Source: Octopus vulgaris
Lineage: Eukaryota
DNA length: 64,000 nucleotides
Direction: 5' to 3'
Assembly: GCA_951406725.2 (NCBI GenBank)
Contig: OX597818.1
Location: 146,878,001-146,942,000, forward strand
Below are positions 38,160-51,484 of this stretch, piece by piece (positions within the stretch are counted from its first letter, which is position 1; each line of letters begins with the position of its first letter). The translations under genes were made by a program, and so were the position numbers. A model generated the notes under the pieces. It worked only from the letters and a program-made list of their open reading frames with translations, searched no databases and was not told where the DNA came from.

Positions 38160-38610
38160 TTTTTGCAACTATAACATGGTTATTCAACAAAGAACTACAT
38201 TACTACATTTTAACCCCAGGGAAATGTCTTTTCCAGTTGGTTAACAACACACTATGTTCCAATGTATAGTGAGTAAGGGAGTAAATCACTTCTCGCCAGC
38301 TTGGCAAAACCTTCGTCGGTACAGAACACTGCTAGAGATGGCAGTCACTCATCCCTACTCACAATATATAAACAGAGAAGTGGCAAACAGTCACTGATCT
38401 CATAAGGAGCAAAATAGCTTGCTCTAAAATCTCTAAATGAGATATGAGTGGTAATAATACTAGACAGTAATGTTTTTTCTTGTTCTATATTTTTGCAACT
38501 GTAAGATACCTGTTCAATAAAGAACACAGTTACAACATTTTAACTCCAGGAAAACGTCTTTTCCAGCTGGTTACTGATACTCAATCTAACACTGATATAT
38601 TGTGAGTAAT
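38160..38610. repeat. Older, degenerate family X copies (two direct, one short inverted piece)
   Basis: cattttaaccccagg..aaatgtcttttccagttggtt at ~38206 and ~38536. Hairpin head aaatctc-taaat-gagatat at ~38427. ccctactcacaatat at ~38353 is inverted. Confidence 0.55.
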
Positions 38611-38662
38611 ATATATATGTGTGTGTGTGTGTGCCTGTGTTTATATATATATATATATATAA

Positions 38663-38694
<32 letters not shown>

Positions 38695-38872
38695 GTATAT
38701 GTTCTATGTATGTATATATATATATATATATATACACTCACACACACATAGACACACATGCACTGTCAGAATTTGAAGCATGTAATCAGTGGTATGGATT
38801 TGTATGCTTGCATGTATATGTGTATATGATTTTATATGTGAGTTTATATCAACGTGTGTGTGTGTGTATGTG

Positions 38873-39000
38873 TATGGTTCCGGGTTCAGTCCCACTGCAT
38901 GGCCCCTTAGGCAAGTGCTTTCTACTATAGCCTTGGGCCAGTCAAAGCCTTGTGAGTGTATTTGGTAAACGGAAACTGAAAGAAGCCCACCGTATATATG

Positions 39001-39031
<31 letters not shown>

Positions 39032-39240
39032 GTGTGTTTGTGTGTCTGTGTTTGTTCCCCCAACATTACTTGACAACCGATGCTGGTGTGTTTACATCCC
39101 CGTAACTTAGCGGTTCGACAAAAGAGAAACTGATAGAATAAGTACTAGGCTTACAAAAGTAAGTCCTGGGTCGATTTACTCGACTAAAGGTGGTGCTCCA
39201 GCATGGCCACAGTCAAATGACTGAAACAAGAGATTAAAAG
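38873..39240 (+). mobile_element. SINE family A, 5'-truncated
   Basis: atggttccgggttcagtcccactgc...ccagcatggccacagtcaaatgactgaaacaag. Confidence 0.85.
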
Positions 39241-39267
39241 AGAGTATATATAATCAATATAATCAAG

Positions 39268-39455
39268 GAGGGAAATGGAAAAATAGAGTTCACGAGAATC
39301 TTTATTCATCAGAATGATCGTTTCGACTCCTCCTTCGTTGGTCCCTGATGCAATGGAGGATGCAGCACAACTAGTTGTATAGTATCCCACTCGCAAATGT
39401 TCAATATTGTTGTGATGAATAAAGATTCTTGTGGACTCCACTTTCCATTTCCCTC
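39268..39455. repeat. ~44-bp inverted repeat enclosing a Penelope-pLTR-like core
   Basis: gagggaaatggaaa..gagttcacgagaatctttattcatca / tgatgaataaagattcttgtggactc..tttccatttccctc. Minus strand has cgaagg..gtcGAAAcgatc followed by AATAAA. Confidence 0.7.
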
Positions 39456-39630
39456 ATTCATTATAAACTCAACAAACACTGTAGAATTCTTGAGGTAGAT
39501 TCAGTGACACTTGTATAACTGTAGAAGACATTAGGTAATTAGGTAGCCTAAACAGTGAAAGTGCTTTAATCAGCATACTACCAATTGTATACCTGAAGTT
39601 CAGATAAAATATATATATATATACATATAT

Positions 39631-40044
39631 AAAATCAAAATCGCAATTGATCAACATCAATGGAATTTGTAGGTGTGATACCAGTGCTGGTGGCACGTAA
39701 GAGAACCACCCGAACGTGGCCGTAGCCAGCGCCGCCCTGACTGGCCTCCGTGCCAGTGGCATGTAAAAAGCACCATCCGATCGTGGCCATTGCCAGCTAC
39801 ATCTGGTCCGTGCTGGTGGCACATAAAAGGCACCATCCGATCGTGGCTGTTTGCCAGCTTCGTCTGGCACGTAAAAAGCACCCACTACACTCACAGAGTG
39901 GTTGGTGTTAGGAAGAGCATCCAGCTGTAGAAATATTGCCAGATCAGACTGGGCTTGGTGCAGCCTTCTGGCTTCCCAGACCCCAGTAAAACCGTCCAAC
40001 CCATGCTAGCATGGAAAGCAGACGTTAAACGATGATGATGATGA
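39631..40044 (+). repeat. Solo 3' UTR of the RTE family with complete (GAT)n end
   Basis: Closely matches 27781-28005, including the ggtggcacgtaaaagcaccatccga tandem units, and continues to gacgttaaacgatgatgat. Confidence 0.9.
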
Positions 40045-40045
40045 T

Positions 40046-40255
40046 ATAGTTAATCCAAACAAGAAAGCACAAAAAAGCACAACAACATGAGGGTGTGGAA
40101 CAAATATAGTATTATTGGACGCTCAGGAAAGAAGGGAAGAAGGAGGGTTTAACGTTTCGAGTGGAGCTCTTCGTCGGAAACATAGGAGAAGGAAAGATCC
40201 AGAGAAGGGAAGACAGAGGAAAAAATCGCCAATGGTACACATGCGGTCACAAATG
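40046..40255 (-). mobile_element. Penelope-like pseudo-LTR remnant with hammerhead-like motif
   Basis: Minus strand gtttCCGACGAAgag-ctcca-ctcGAAAcgtt-aaac at 40147-40181. Confidence 0.55.
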
Positions 40256-40360
40256 AGCCAAATATTTTTACTACTATTTATTGTATTTTTAGTGTAATTA
40301 TTTTTGAAAGCCTTACATTTACCTTTACGGTTAGGATTGGGTTTTTTCCAACACAAAACA

Positions 40361-40417
<57 letters not shown>

Positions 40418-41334
40418 TGAAAGAGAGGTACACATACATATATGCTTGCTAATTTCAATCCCTATTAACTTAGCTAGACTACTTTCTTTGAATTCCCATT
40501 TGAAATGCTTACATTATGTATGATCCATCAACTGATTAAAGGACATCATTTTATTTGCAAATAACAATATGAACTGCAATACTGTGCTGGTAAAAAATTA
40601 AATAGAATTGTAGCATGATCTCTAAAAAACACCCACCACTTCTGGGTTGTACAATTTGTCAGTGTTTCAGTATATTTCATAGCAGCAGACATTGATATAT
40701 AGTTAAGAAATCTGCTTTGCAACTGTGTGATTTCAGGTTCAGGACAAGTGTCTTCTACTACATCCCCAACCTAGTTAATGCTTTGTGAATGGATTTGACA
40801 AATGGCAACTGCATGGAATTTGTATGAGCATATATGTCTGTCTGTTTGTCCTTCCACCACTTGACAACTGGTGTAGGTCTACAGTTCAGCTACAAGAAAT
40901 TGAAAAAAATACTTGACTTAAGTCTTGGGATTGATTTATTTGAATAAACCCTGTAAGGTGGTGCCACATCATAGCTACAGTCCTGTGGTTGTAACAAATA
41001 AAAAAAAATTATTCATATTACTTCCAGGGAGCAATACCATTGGCTACAGTTCTTAAATGGGCCTGTCAGTGGTTTATTTCCAGTAATGAGTAATAAAGGA
41101 TTTTCAGTGCTTAAAGCATGGTGTTAAAATTCAAAAGCGTTGGAGTTTTAGCTATGCATCTTGGTAGGACAACTACCACAGAGTGTAACTTTATTTAAGA
41201 TCCCCAGTTTGTCAGTTTTCTTACTTTTACATCATTTGTTGACATGATATTGCCAAACAATATATTTATCCAAAGGGCTGAAGTACAATTTCCATCTCCC
41301 AAATTTTACCACAGCAATCACCAGGCACTGACGC

Positions 41335-41520
41335 TGGGCAAATTGCTTAACAGGATTTCATCTGTCTTCATGCTCTGAGTTCAAATTCTGCCAAGGTTGA
41401 ATTTGCCTTTCATCCTTTTGGGGTCAATAGAATAAGTACCAGTTGAATACTGGGGTTGATATAATCAACAAGCTCCCCTGCCACAAAATTTCAGGCCTTG
41501 TGCCTATAATAGAAAGGATT
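41335..41520 (+). mobile_element. SINE family B with (ATT)n tail
   Basis: ctgagttcaaattctgccaaggttgaatttgcctttcatccttttggggtc...tgtgcctataatagaaaggattatt. Confidence 0.8.
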
Positions 41521-44380
41521 ATTATAATTATTATTATTATTATTATTATTATTATCGTTATTATAGACGTTTCACAGTATACAATATTGTGAGGTTTTTG
41601 ATAGAAGATATTGTGTCTACCAGGGGTTTGTACTGTTTGTCAAGTCACAACAAGGACCTCAGACAGACACTACTTTACGCAATATGTGTGCAGTTCCAAG
41701 TAATGCTGACTTTTGCAATACATCTAGATTGTAGGGTATTTCTAATGTTTTCAGATGTTTTTTTTTTTTCAGATTGGGTGGTATTGAACCAATGCTCCGA
41801 CAACAATAGGGATAACCTTTATGTTTGACTCTCGTAGCTGCCACATCTTAGCAATCTCAATTCTCGGGTCTCCATATTTACCAACCTTTTCTCTTTCTTT
41901 CATGATATGTTGATCTCTTGGCACTGCTACGTCGATTATTAGGTACTCTGGTTTGTCCCTCCTAAAGGTTACTATATCTGGCCTTCGGTGTTCTTACACT
42001 TTGTCGGTCTGGAAATCCCAGACGATTTTTGCCTTCCCCTTTTTGTCCATTACCTTTTCCAGTGTATGTTGGTACTAAGCACCTATAACCTCATATCCAT
42101 ACTTATGGCATAGTAGCCAGTGGAAGTTTTGGGTTACTTTGTCATGTCTATGCTTGTACTCTTTCTCCGCAAGACTTTCACCAGCACTAACAATGTAAGT
42201 TACACTTTCAACCCTCTTCCCACACATTCTGCAGAGGTCCAGTGCACTTGCTTGGTATATGTTCTTTTTCACTGAGTTGGTATTCAATGCCTGGTCCTGG
42301 GCCGTGATGATTAGGCTTTCAGTATTCTTTTTTAGGTCACCCTTGTTGAGCCACCATGATGCTTCCTGGTCTTTTAATTTGCTGGTTTCACGGTGGAACT
42401 GACCATGTAATTCCATACAGAGTAGGGATTCTTCTCCCTTTGTTGGCTGTTCTTATTCAGAATTCATGAGCTCTCTCAAGTCCATTTTTGTTAACTCCTT
42501 CTGCACCATCAGCATACTCTAGCAGGTCTTCTTTGCTGTTTGCTAAATATTCTGCCATGTTTCTTCTTTCATTGTTGATGCACTCCCGTAAGCTAATCAG
42601 CCCCTGTCCACCCTTACCTCTCCTCATGTAGAGCTTGTGTACATTTGCCTAAGGGTGGAGGGCACCAAGCATTGTCATTGTATTTTGAGCAGTGTGATCA
42701 AGGTGATCAATCTCTGCTTGTGTCCATTTCAGGATGGGTGCATTATAGCGAACCACAGCAACCACCCTTATGTTGATGGCAGTCACAAGGTTCCTTGAGT
42801 TGATCTTCGATTTCAAGAGAAGTTTGAGGTGCTCAAAAGATGCAGTGGTGACCTTGTCTTTCATTTTTCTTTGCAAGATATTGTCCAGCTCCAGGATCTC
42901 AAGGTACTTGTACCCATCATCATCAGGGTCTTCCAATCTCTTTCTGTTTGGCAATTTTATGCCCCTACAATTTACTCTTTTTCCCCTGCTTCAAAGTTAT
43001 CAACACACATTTCAAGATACCGAATTCCATCCCTATATACTTGCTGCACATTTGCACAGTCTCAACCAGCCTCTCCATTTCAGGCTCTGTTTTTGCAAAC
43101 AGTTTCAAATCATCCATAAAGAGAAGGTAGTTGAGACAAGGTTCGTTCTTTCTCAGCTCATAGTGCACACTGATTTTATGTAGGACTACAGAAAATGGGA
43201 TCAAGGCTATAACAAATAACAGAGGTGAACAAGAGTCTCCTTGCAAGATACCTCTTTTGATTGTTACCTTGGCTAAGTGCTGGTTGTTACAGAAAAGTCA
43301 CATTTTCTAGGCATGCTGTTCTTAATCAGTGCACATGCATTCTCAGCTATTACACACATGTCCAGTATTTCCAAAATCCACAAATGCAGCAACATGCCAT
43401 AAGCCTTTTTGGAGCCTATCCAGGCCATGCATAAGTTTTTTTGGTACCGTTTACAGTTTTTCATTATAACCTTGTCTATCACAAGGTTATCCTTGGTGCC
43501 CTTGGATCCTTTTCGGCATCCCTTTTGCTCTACAGGCAGAAGATTGTTTTCTGCAAGGAACATATATATTTTCCCTGTGAGTGTACCTGTCAATACTTTC
43601 CATACGAGGTGAAGACAAGCAATGGGTCAGTAATTGCCAACCTCACTGCCATTTGACCAATCTTTCATTGACAATGTTGTTCTTCCTTCTACCATCCACT
43701 CCGGAACTGTACCGCTCTGTAGGCAATTGTCTAATTGCAATACAAATCTCTTGTGTATTGACCTAAACCACTTGAGCCAGTAGCCCTGAATTCTATCTGG
43801 TTCTACTGCTTTCCAGTTTGGTAGTTTTGATATCTGTGCAAAGACATCTTCCGTTGTTATGTGCACATGGTCCTGTCATGGAACATCCGTGTAATAGAGT
43901 TCAGATCTCGTGGAATGAATCCACTCAGCTCTGTGGTTCTGCGAAACTTCTTGCCCCCAGATTTTATTCCAAAATTGGCAGGTTTCTTCTGCTTCAGGAG
44001 GTGTATTATCTTCTGTGTTTCTTCCTAAGCCCTTAAAAACTGCCTCTCGTTGTTTGAGAATAACTGGTTTTGTTGGAACTGCAATATGCAGTCAGTGTAG
44101 CCCTGCACCTTGAATGTTTTAGCCCCCACACGTTGTTTTAGGGTTTTGATAACAGTTTTTGAACCCTTTCTTTTCTATTTGGTAACTTACATCAAGATAT
44201 GCCCTTGCACTTTCTTTTTCATTTTCCATTGCCCTTTTGACCACTCTTTTGTGTAACTCAGATCTTTACTTAAAGTTAGAATATCACCTTCATTTCTCCA
44301 TTTCCACCTTGGCTCCTTCTGTCCATCTACTTTCCTCTCTTTCTTTCCAACTAGTTCACCTTCTAAAATTGAAGGGGTAT
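41520..44380 (-). mobile_element. R4/Dong-clade non-LTR retrotransposon (RT, CCHC, RLE), 5'-truncated and disrupted
   Basis: Minus strand EPRWKWR..LSKDLS, PNWKAVEPDRIQGYW, EQKGCR..GTKDNL, QGDSCSPLLF, LLFMDDLKLFA, CRMCG..HRHDKV, RRPDIV..IIDVAVP..EKVGKY, LQKSALLGTAHILRKV. The 3' end runs into (TAA)n. Confidence 0.92.
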
Positions 44381-44390
44381 TCTTATTATT

Positions 44391-44835
44391 AAGGCAGTGA
44401 GCTGACAGAATCGTTAGCTTGTCAGGTGAAATGCTTAATGGTATTTCATCCATTTTCACATTCTGAGTTCAAATTCCGCCAAAGTTGACTTAGCCTTTCA
44501 TCCTTTTGGGGGTCGATATAGCAAGTACCAGTTGAGCACTGGGGTCAATGTAATCAACTTATCCCCTCTCCCAAAATTGCTGGCTTTGTGTCAAAATTTG
44601 AAACCATTATCATTATTATGGCAGCAAGCTCACAGAATTATTAGCATGCTGGGTAAAATGCTTAGCGGTATTTTGACTGTCATTATATTCTGAGTTCAAA
44701 TTCCACTGGGGTCACCTTTGCTTTTCATCCTTACAGGGTCAATAAAATAAGTACCAGTTGAATTCCACGGTTGATGTAATCAACTAGACCCCTCCCCCAA
44801 ATTTCAGACCATGTGCCTATTGTAGAGAGGATTAT
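44391..44835 (+). mobile_element. Two tandem SINE family B copies
   Basis: ggcagtgagctgacagaatcgttag (44391) and ggcagcaagctcacagaattattag (44619), separated and flanked by ATT repeats. Confidence 0.85.
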
Positions 44836-44842
44836 TATTACA

Positions 44843-45497
44843 TTCTGGGTTCAGTACTACTGCATGACACCTTGGGCAAGTTGTCTTCTACTGACCAATA
44901 CCTTGAGAGTGGAATTGATAGATGGAAACTGAAAGAAGCTCGTATGTATGTATGTATGTGTGTGTTTGTCCCACCCCCACCACTTGACAACCAGTGCTGG
45001 TGTGTTTACATCTGTATAACTTCGCAATTTGGCAAAAGAGACTGATAGAATATGTACCAGGCTTAAAAAGAAAAAGTCCTAGGGACAATGTATTTGTCTA
45101 AAATATTCTGAAAGGCAGAGCCCCAGCATGGCTGCAGTTTAATGACTGAAACATATAAAAGGTGTGTGTGTGTGTGTGTGTGTTCTATCCTTGACTTGAC
45201 ATCATGTGATGGATGCAAATGAACACACCATCATACAGATGATGCTGTTTATTTCTAGCCGTCTATAAAAGACAGATCCATGTCAGCATCTGATTCATAT
45301 AAGCATGGAAAAGTAGGTGTTGAACCAATGATGATGATAACATAACAGAATTATGGTAAGAAGCTTGCTTCCCAACCATATGGCTCCAGGTTCAGTCTCA
45401 CTGTGTGACACTTTGGGCAAGCGTTGTCTACTATAGCCTCAGTCCAACCAAAGGCTTGTGAGTGGATTTGTTAGACAGAAACTGAAAGAAGCCCATC

Positions 45498-45553
<56 letters not shown>

Positions 45554-45770
45554 CTTAGTGCCTGTGCTTGTCCCCCCATCACTGCTTGACAACCAGTGTT
45601 GGTATATTTATGTCCCTGTAACCTAGCAGTTTGGCAAAAGAAACTGCTAGAATAAATACTAAGCTTTAAAAAATATTTCCTGGGGTTGATTTGTTTGGCT
45701 AAGCCTCTTCAAGTTGGTGCTCCTGCATGGCTGCAGTCAAATGACTGAAACAAGTAAAAGAATAAAAGAA
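44843..45770 (+). mobile_element. Cluster of SINE family A copies
   Basis: Copies at ~44843-45165 and ~45353-45770. Confidence 0.8.
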
Positions 45771-46955
45771 CCTGGTTTTCCAAGACTCTCAAGGATTAAC
45801 ACAGGTTTTCTAAAACCTAAAATTATATTTCTAAAAATCCATAGCACGTTTAATACTGGTTTTGTTTGAAGAAACTTTTTGTGATAATCAATATTGTAGC
45901 AAACTTATTTGTCAAAGAAAAAAAAAAATTCAATGATAATCAAATTAGCAACCCATCCTATGAAATGTAATCTTTTTTTTTTTTTTTTTTTTAATGGGGG
46001 CGTGTGGTTATTAGCTTTGAAGATGATTAAACAGTATGTTGGCTGCTATCACTTTCTGTAATATTATATATATTTTTAGAATGTATAATTATAAACAGTG
46101 CTAATATAATTTGTCTGAGAACTGATTTGTCAAAACTTAATTATTTGATTTTATTTACAATTTTATGTTGTTTCTTGCCTAAATGAAATAAATATACACT
46201 AATTTTTTTTTTTGTAGTAACAATTAATATAAATTGAATCTTTTATTATTATTTTATAATAAGCTTTATTCTTTATTTTATAATAACTTTATAATAGTGA
46301 ATGATATAAATTAGATATTTCGTTTTGATACATTTTCTGAAACTAAATTTTTTGTCTCATAGCATAAATACCGACAATCTATTTTATTTAGTGTTTTTTG
46401 CTATCCATACTAGTATTAGCTTGCTACAGTAACATGAAACAATGAAGTATATAGAGTAGAAAAAATATATGTATTTCAATTATATAAGCTTCATCAATTT
46501 TGATTACATGGTACAACCAATTGTGCTTTGTTTAACCATAAGCTGAGTGTGATTAACTTATCACTAAGTCTTGCTTAAGTAGAATGAAATTTAACAAGTA
46601 TAATGAATCCCACCTTGATACCACCTTTTGCCGAATGTTTAAATTTTAATTATTAAATCCCTAATATATAGTAGATATCTTTAACATCAAAGCAGTAAGA
46701 AATTTTAAATTAACAAATCACAGTTTAAACTTTATTGTATTTGAGTTTAACTTCTTACTGTAATACAAGAACTGTAAAAAAACAACAATTGTACAATTCA
46801 GTTTTGGTTAACTGCTGATGTTTTGGTAGAAGATGGTTACCCACTGTATCAGGCAGTGGAAATGGACCTGGAACATCATAATTCCAAAGTGAATCGGTTA
46901 ACATTCAGCCAAGTCAATACCCATTACACAGTAGATATTGTTTAGCCTTGGGTTA

Positions 46956-47209
46956 GCTTTGTTAAACAGGGCTATAACCAAAAGCATTTAAGCCATAATC
47001 ATCCCTTCTTTGTTTCTCAAGTAATATGACCAGGACCACCTGGATATATCTCCTTCCCTTTTTAAGATGATAAGGTATGATTTGAAGGAGAATTGGCTTC
47101 TATTTCCAGTAGGTGAAGCAATCCTCTAGAACAGGAATGTCAAACATACAGTCCAAAGGCTGTATCTTGCCTGTTCAATATCATATCTGACTCCCAGCTC
47201 AATTTTATA
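46956..47209 (+). repeat. Left arm of 254-bp inverted duplication
   Basis: Reverse complement of 49614-49867 with one mismatch seen. Confidence 0.95.
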
Positions 47210-49299
47210 AAAACAGTTTTTATCATTTTTAATTTTAAAATATTCTGTGAAATGGGCAGAGTCAGCCCAACTAATAGTGATTCTGATTGGTAAAATCAGT
47301 ACGAGAGAATTTTTTATTTCAACCCTTGGAAGAAACACTTTTTCCATATGCTAAGAGATGTGACTTGTTTTCCTTCAGTTTGTAAAGCCACATTGAGCCA
47401 AACTTTTTTTCTTTCAAACTTACCCACAGATTCTAGTGACATGATTGTTATTGAAAGGTTTGGAGGCTGAAAAGGTGCATGCTTTCTCTCAAGCATCAGT
47501 CTTCGAAAGAACTGGATGCATATATTTCAGCAATTTTTATCATCAATATTACACCATAAACTCTTTCCTATCAAGATTGCATGGGTATATGTGTGCGTCT
47601 GTGTGTGTATATATTCATATATATATATTATGTAGATGAGTTTTACCTAGACATTTTTGCACATAAACTTTACTAATACTTCATATACCTTCCATATTTT
47701 ATTAATAAAACTGTAATGTATATTGATCCCCTTATTCATTTTCATTATCTTACATTACAAATTGTGTATTTAAGAATAATTGTCCTTATCTGATCCACAA
47801 GATATAGTTATGTTTCACTCTAACTTGCAAAGCCAAACAAGCTTGACACTCCTGCTCTGGATGCTCCACACATTTTTAAGCTTAGGTGTAACTTTATAAT
47901 TTATACTCTTAGTCATACAATAACCTTCAAAATCACCATTTAATCCTAAATGCAACAGCTTTGGCAGTGCCTAATATCAGCTCAGAGTTTAATAGTTATC
48001 TCCTCATTCTAGTCTTAAGCTTTGTCATATTTAGTCTTCTTTTAGAATGATTAAAGACTTGGATGTTCTTTAATCATCAGTAAAATGATTTGTAAATCTT
48101 TTTTTTTATATATTTTATTTTTCTTGAAAATTTCAAAATTTGAATGTATTCTCTAGCTGTTATATCAGGAAATTTCACATAAATGTATTTTCTTTTCTTT
48201 TTTAAATATGCTAGAAAGTTTTCTGAAATCTTTTTATAAGGGCTTTGAAACTACTAATTTTGAATCAATTTGCAAGCATGTTTTATGATATCATAAAAGA
48301 GAGCTGCTGGATCACTTCAAATAAGTATGGTAATGTGTTTCCAAGTTGTAGCATCATAGGGGAAATGTGGCTATAAATGGTGCTAATTTATTTCCTAATC
48401 CTGCCAGCAAGATCATTCAAAAATATTATTAGCGTTCAAGGGCATCAAAGCTATTTCCAGTTATGCACAATGATATTGACTTCACTTACCTACACTATTT
48501 AGATCTTCTCTTAAATCAATCCTTTTACAATATGACTAGCACATGGACAATTGTCATTTTCTCTTTATCAATAAATATAAAGCTTTGGAGTTTAATAAAA
48601 TCCTTATTGATTCCTTACTGAGACACATAGCCGAACAATCACGAGAGAGGAAAGAAATACATGAGTGTCTTTCAAAAGTGTGAATGTAGCACATTTCATT
48701 CATTCTTCGTTTTAACATTCATTTTTCAATGTTAGCATGGATTAGATGGAGAGATATCTGAAGCAAGATTATTGTGACTAAATGTTCTTCCAGTCATCAA
48801 CCCTTACCTCTCTTTCAAGTGAGGGATATTGTTAGTCCAGAGAAATTTGAAAGAACAGAGATGATTTTGCTAAGAGAAATTTTAACATGTGTTACCACTT
48901 AACATACTGCTACAAATAGTGATATTCGTAGCTGTAGTTCAGTATAGATTTTAACATTCATACAGACAAGCATGCACATGTACGTACACACACACACACA
49001 CACACTTGTTGGTGAACAAAGAAGTATTCAGCACATTTAGTTGGAGTTATCATCATCATCATTGTTTAACATCCGCTTTTCATGCTGGCATAGGTTGGAC
49101 AGTTTCACTGTGGACTGGCAAGCCAGGAAACTGCACCAGGCTCAAGTATTTAATAACAGGTTGCTTTAGTTAAACATTCCTTAAAGTTTCATGGGAACAG
49201 AACATGTCAACATCATCAGGTGCATGGAGTCAGAGTAGAAAGTAATTTAAAAAAAAGCTAACTGAGAATATTTTAACATCTATTAGTTCAAGTCTCAGT

Positions 49300-49520
49300 T
49301 GCATTTTAGCTATCTTACAATATCAGTTCTTTCATTACATACTACATGTGGTAGAGCAAGCAAGGTGCTGTTGTCAGCCAGCATTCTGTTGGATATGACA
49401 TTTCAGCAACAAGAGTTACCATTTCAGACTGCTGAAGTACAGGCACTTTTTCACATAAGCAAAGTCAGCAATTCTGGTATCACAAGGAGCACCCTTGACA
49501 GGGCCTATCCTTGCTCATCT
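49300..49520 (-). pseudogene. Possible LINE RT fossil
   Basis: Minus strand QGCSL followed by MLADNSTLLA (cf. QG..LSP / YADD..LLA). Confidence 0.35.
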
Positions 49521-49613
49521 GAAGTTCATAAAAGTTATTTTTATAGTCCCAGTGTTTCGAAATGAAGCAGGACAGGGTGTTAGTTTTTCTTGTCCTAAGG
49601 ACAAGGTCCATCC

Positions 49614-49867
49614 TATAAAATTGAGCTGGGAGTCAGATATGATATTGAACAGGCAAGATACAGCCTTTGGACTGTATGTTTGACATTCCTGTTCTAGAGG
49701 ATTGCTTCACCTACTGGAAATAGAAGCCAATTCTCCTTCAAATCATACCTTATCATCTTAAAAAGGGAAGGAGATATATCCAGGTGGTCCTGGTCATATT
49801 ACTTGAGAAACAAAGAAGGGGTGATTATGGCTTAAATGCTTTTGGTTATAGCCCTGTTTAACAAAGC
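49614..49867 (-). repeat. Right arm of 254-bp inverted duplication
   Basis: See 46956-47209. Confidence 0.95.
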
Positions 49868-50258
49868 AGTGCATATTTTGCATAAATCTTCATTTTGAAG
49901 TCATTAGTTATTATACCCATGATGCCATCAGCTGATGTGAGATGACTCTATAAACAACAATCTTTGTAGGACAAAATCCACCCAATTGGACAATTGGTGA
50001 GAATCCAAAAATCACAGGTTCAAGTGGAGGGCATGTCTTACCTAAGCATGAATAGCTAGCCTTGCACAAACTACATGGGTTCTTGAGAAATGCTGGCTAA
50101 TTAGTGGTCAGAAAGCTCCTAGTCATATTAGTGGTAACATCTTGATTGCAAGGAGGATTAAACCAGATTACCTTTCTCTTTGTAAGTCTGTGGGTTTTGG
50201 GATAGCAGTGTGTGACCCTCCTTATACACTAACTGTGAGTAAATCCACCCTGGACTTG

Positions 50259-50487
50259 TACTTGTTTAAAGTAGGGTGAAGCTCTGTTGAAGATCTCTCT
50301 GTCTACCAATAAATTGGAGATTCTCCTATTGATACTTGTGAGTGGGGTTCTAATTAGATTCCTAATTACACACACACACACATGATGAATTTCCTTCAGT
50401 TTCCACTTTCAAATTCCCTCACAAAACACTGGCCAACCTGGAGCTATAATGGAAGACTTTTTTTCTTTTTTGTCAATTCACTTAAAA
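50259..50487 (+). repeat. ~230-bp local direct duplication, copy 1
   Basis: Highly similar to 51485-51721. Confidence 0.92.
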
Positions 50488-51484
50488 AGTGCAGGCAATG
50501 CTTTGCAGTAAAGAAGTTTTCTTCCTAATCACTTGGGTAAGTGTCTTCTACTATAGCCTCAGGCTGGCCAAAGCCTGGTAGGTGAATTTGGAAAATGGAA
50601 ACTAAAACAAGCCTGTCGTGTGTGTGAGTGTGTGCGTGTCTGTGTACGTGTGTGTGTGGGTGTATGTGTGCACACGCGTGCATTTCTGTCTCTTTGTCTT
50701 TACATGGTGTGATAGTTGTAAATGAGCATCAAGTGAGGTTGTTTACAGGATCCTGTGAAAAACATGTTTGATCTTGAGAAAATAGTACCTCACTTGGAAG
50801 CAGGTGAGGGGTAGTAACAGGAAGAATATCAGAATGTAGGAAGTTTGCCTCAATAAATTGTATTTGAGATAAACAAAAATGAGAAGTTGGACATTGAAAC
50901 ATCGATGATGATGCAAAAACAAGTAAAAAAAAAGACGAAAAACATTAGCTTTTGTCTTTTGTCTTTTTTTTTTGTACTCTTTCATACTTTTACTAATTTG
51001 TTTTTGGGCAGTGGCTATACTGGAGCAGTGTCTGCAAGGTTTTTAGTTAATTATGTTAAGCATCATCAATGAGAAGGGCAGAACAAATTGGGACATAAAA
51101 ACAAGGATTGGGAAAGATGAGGTTGCCTTTAGACCTATCTGGAAATCTCAAACCTTGTCTGTCGATAAACACAGCTCAGAATCTGTAACCTGAGCCTGAA
51201 GATGGTTCTGTTGTGAAACATGACACATCACAAAGTTCTCCATCGAAAAATTTCAAACATTTGTAAACAGGTGTCTCAAGTACATCCGTCAGGTGAGATT
51301 GTAAGACTGACTTACAAACAAAACCTTGTGGAAGAAAGTGAGCCAACACTCAAAACCCAAATCAAGAGATTTGGCCAGGGCACATGCTACGAAAACCTGC
51401 TTCCAACATTACAAGGCAAACCATCTAATGGATACCCTAAGGGAGACAGGAGTATGGCAAACCAAAAACGGTATGGAAAAGGTC

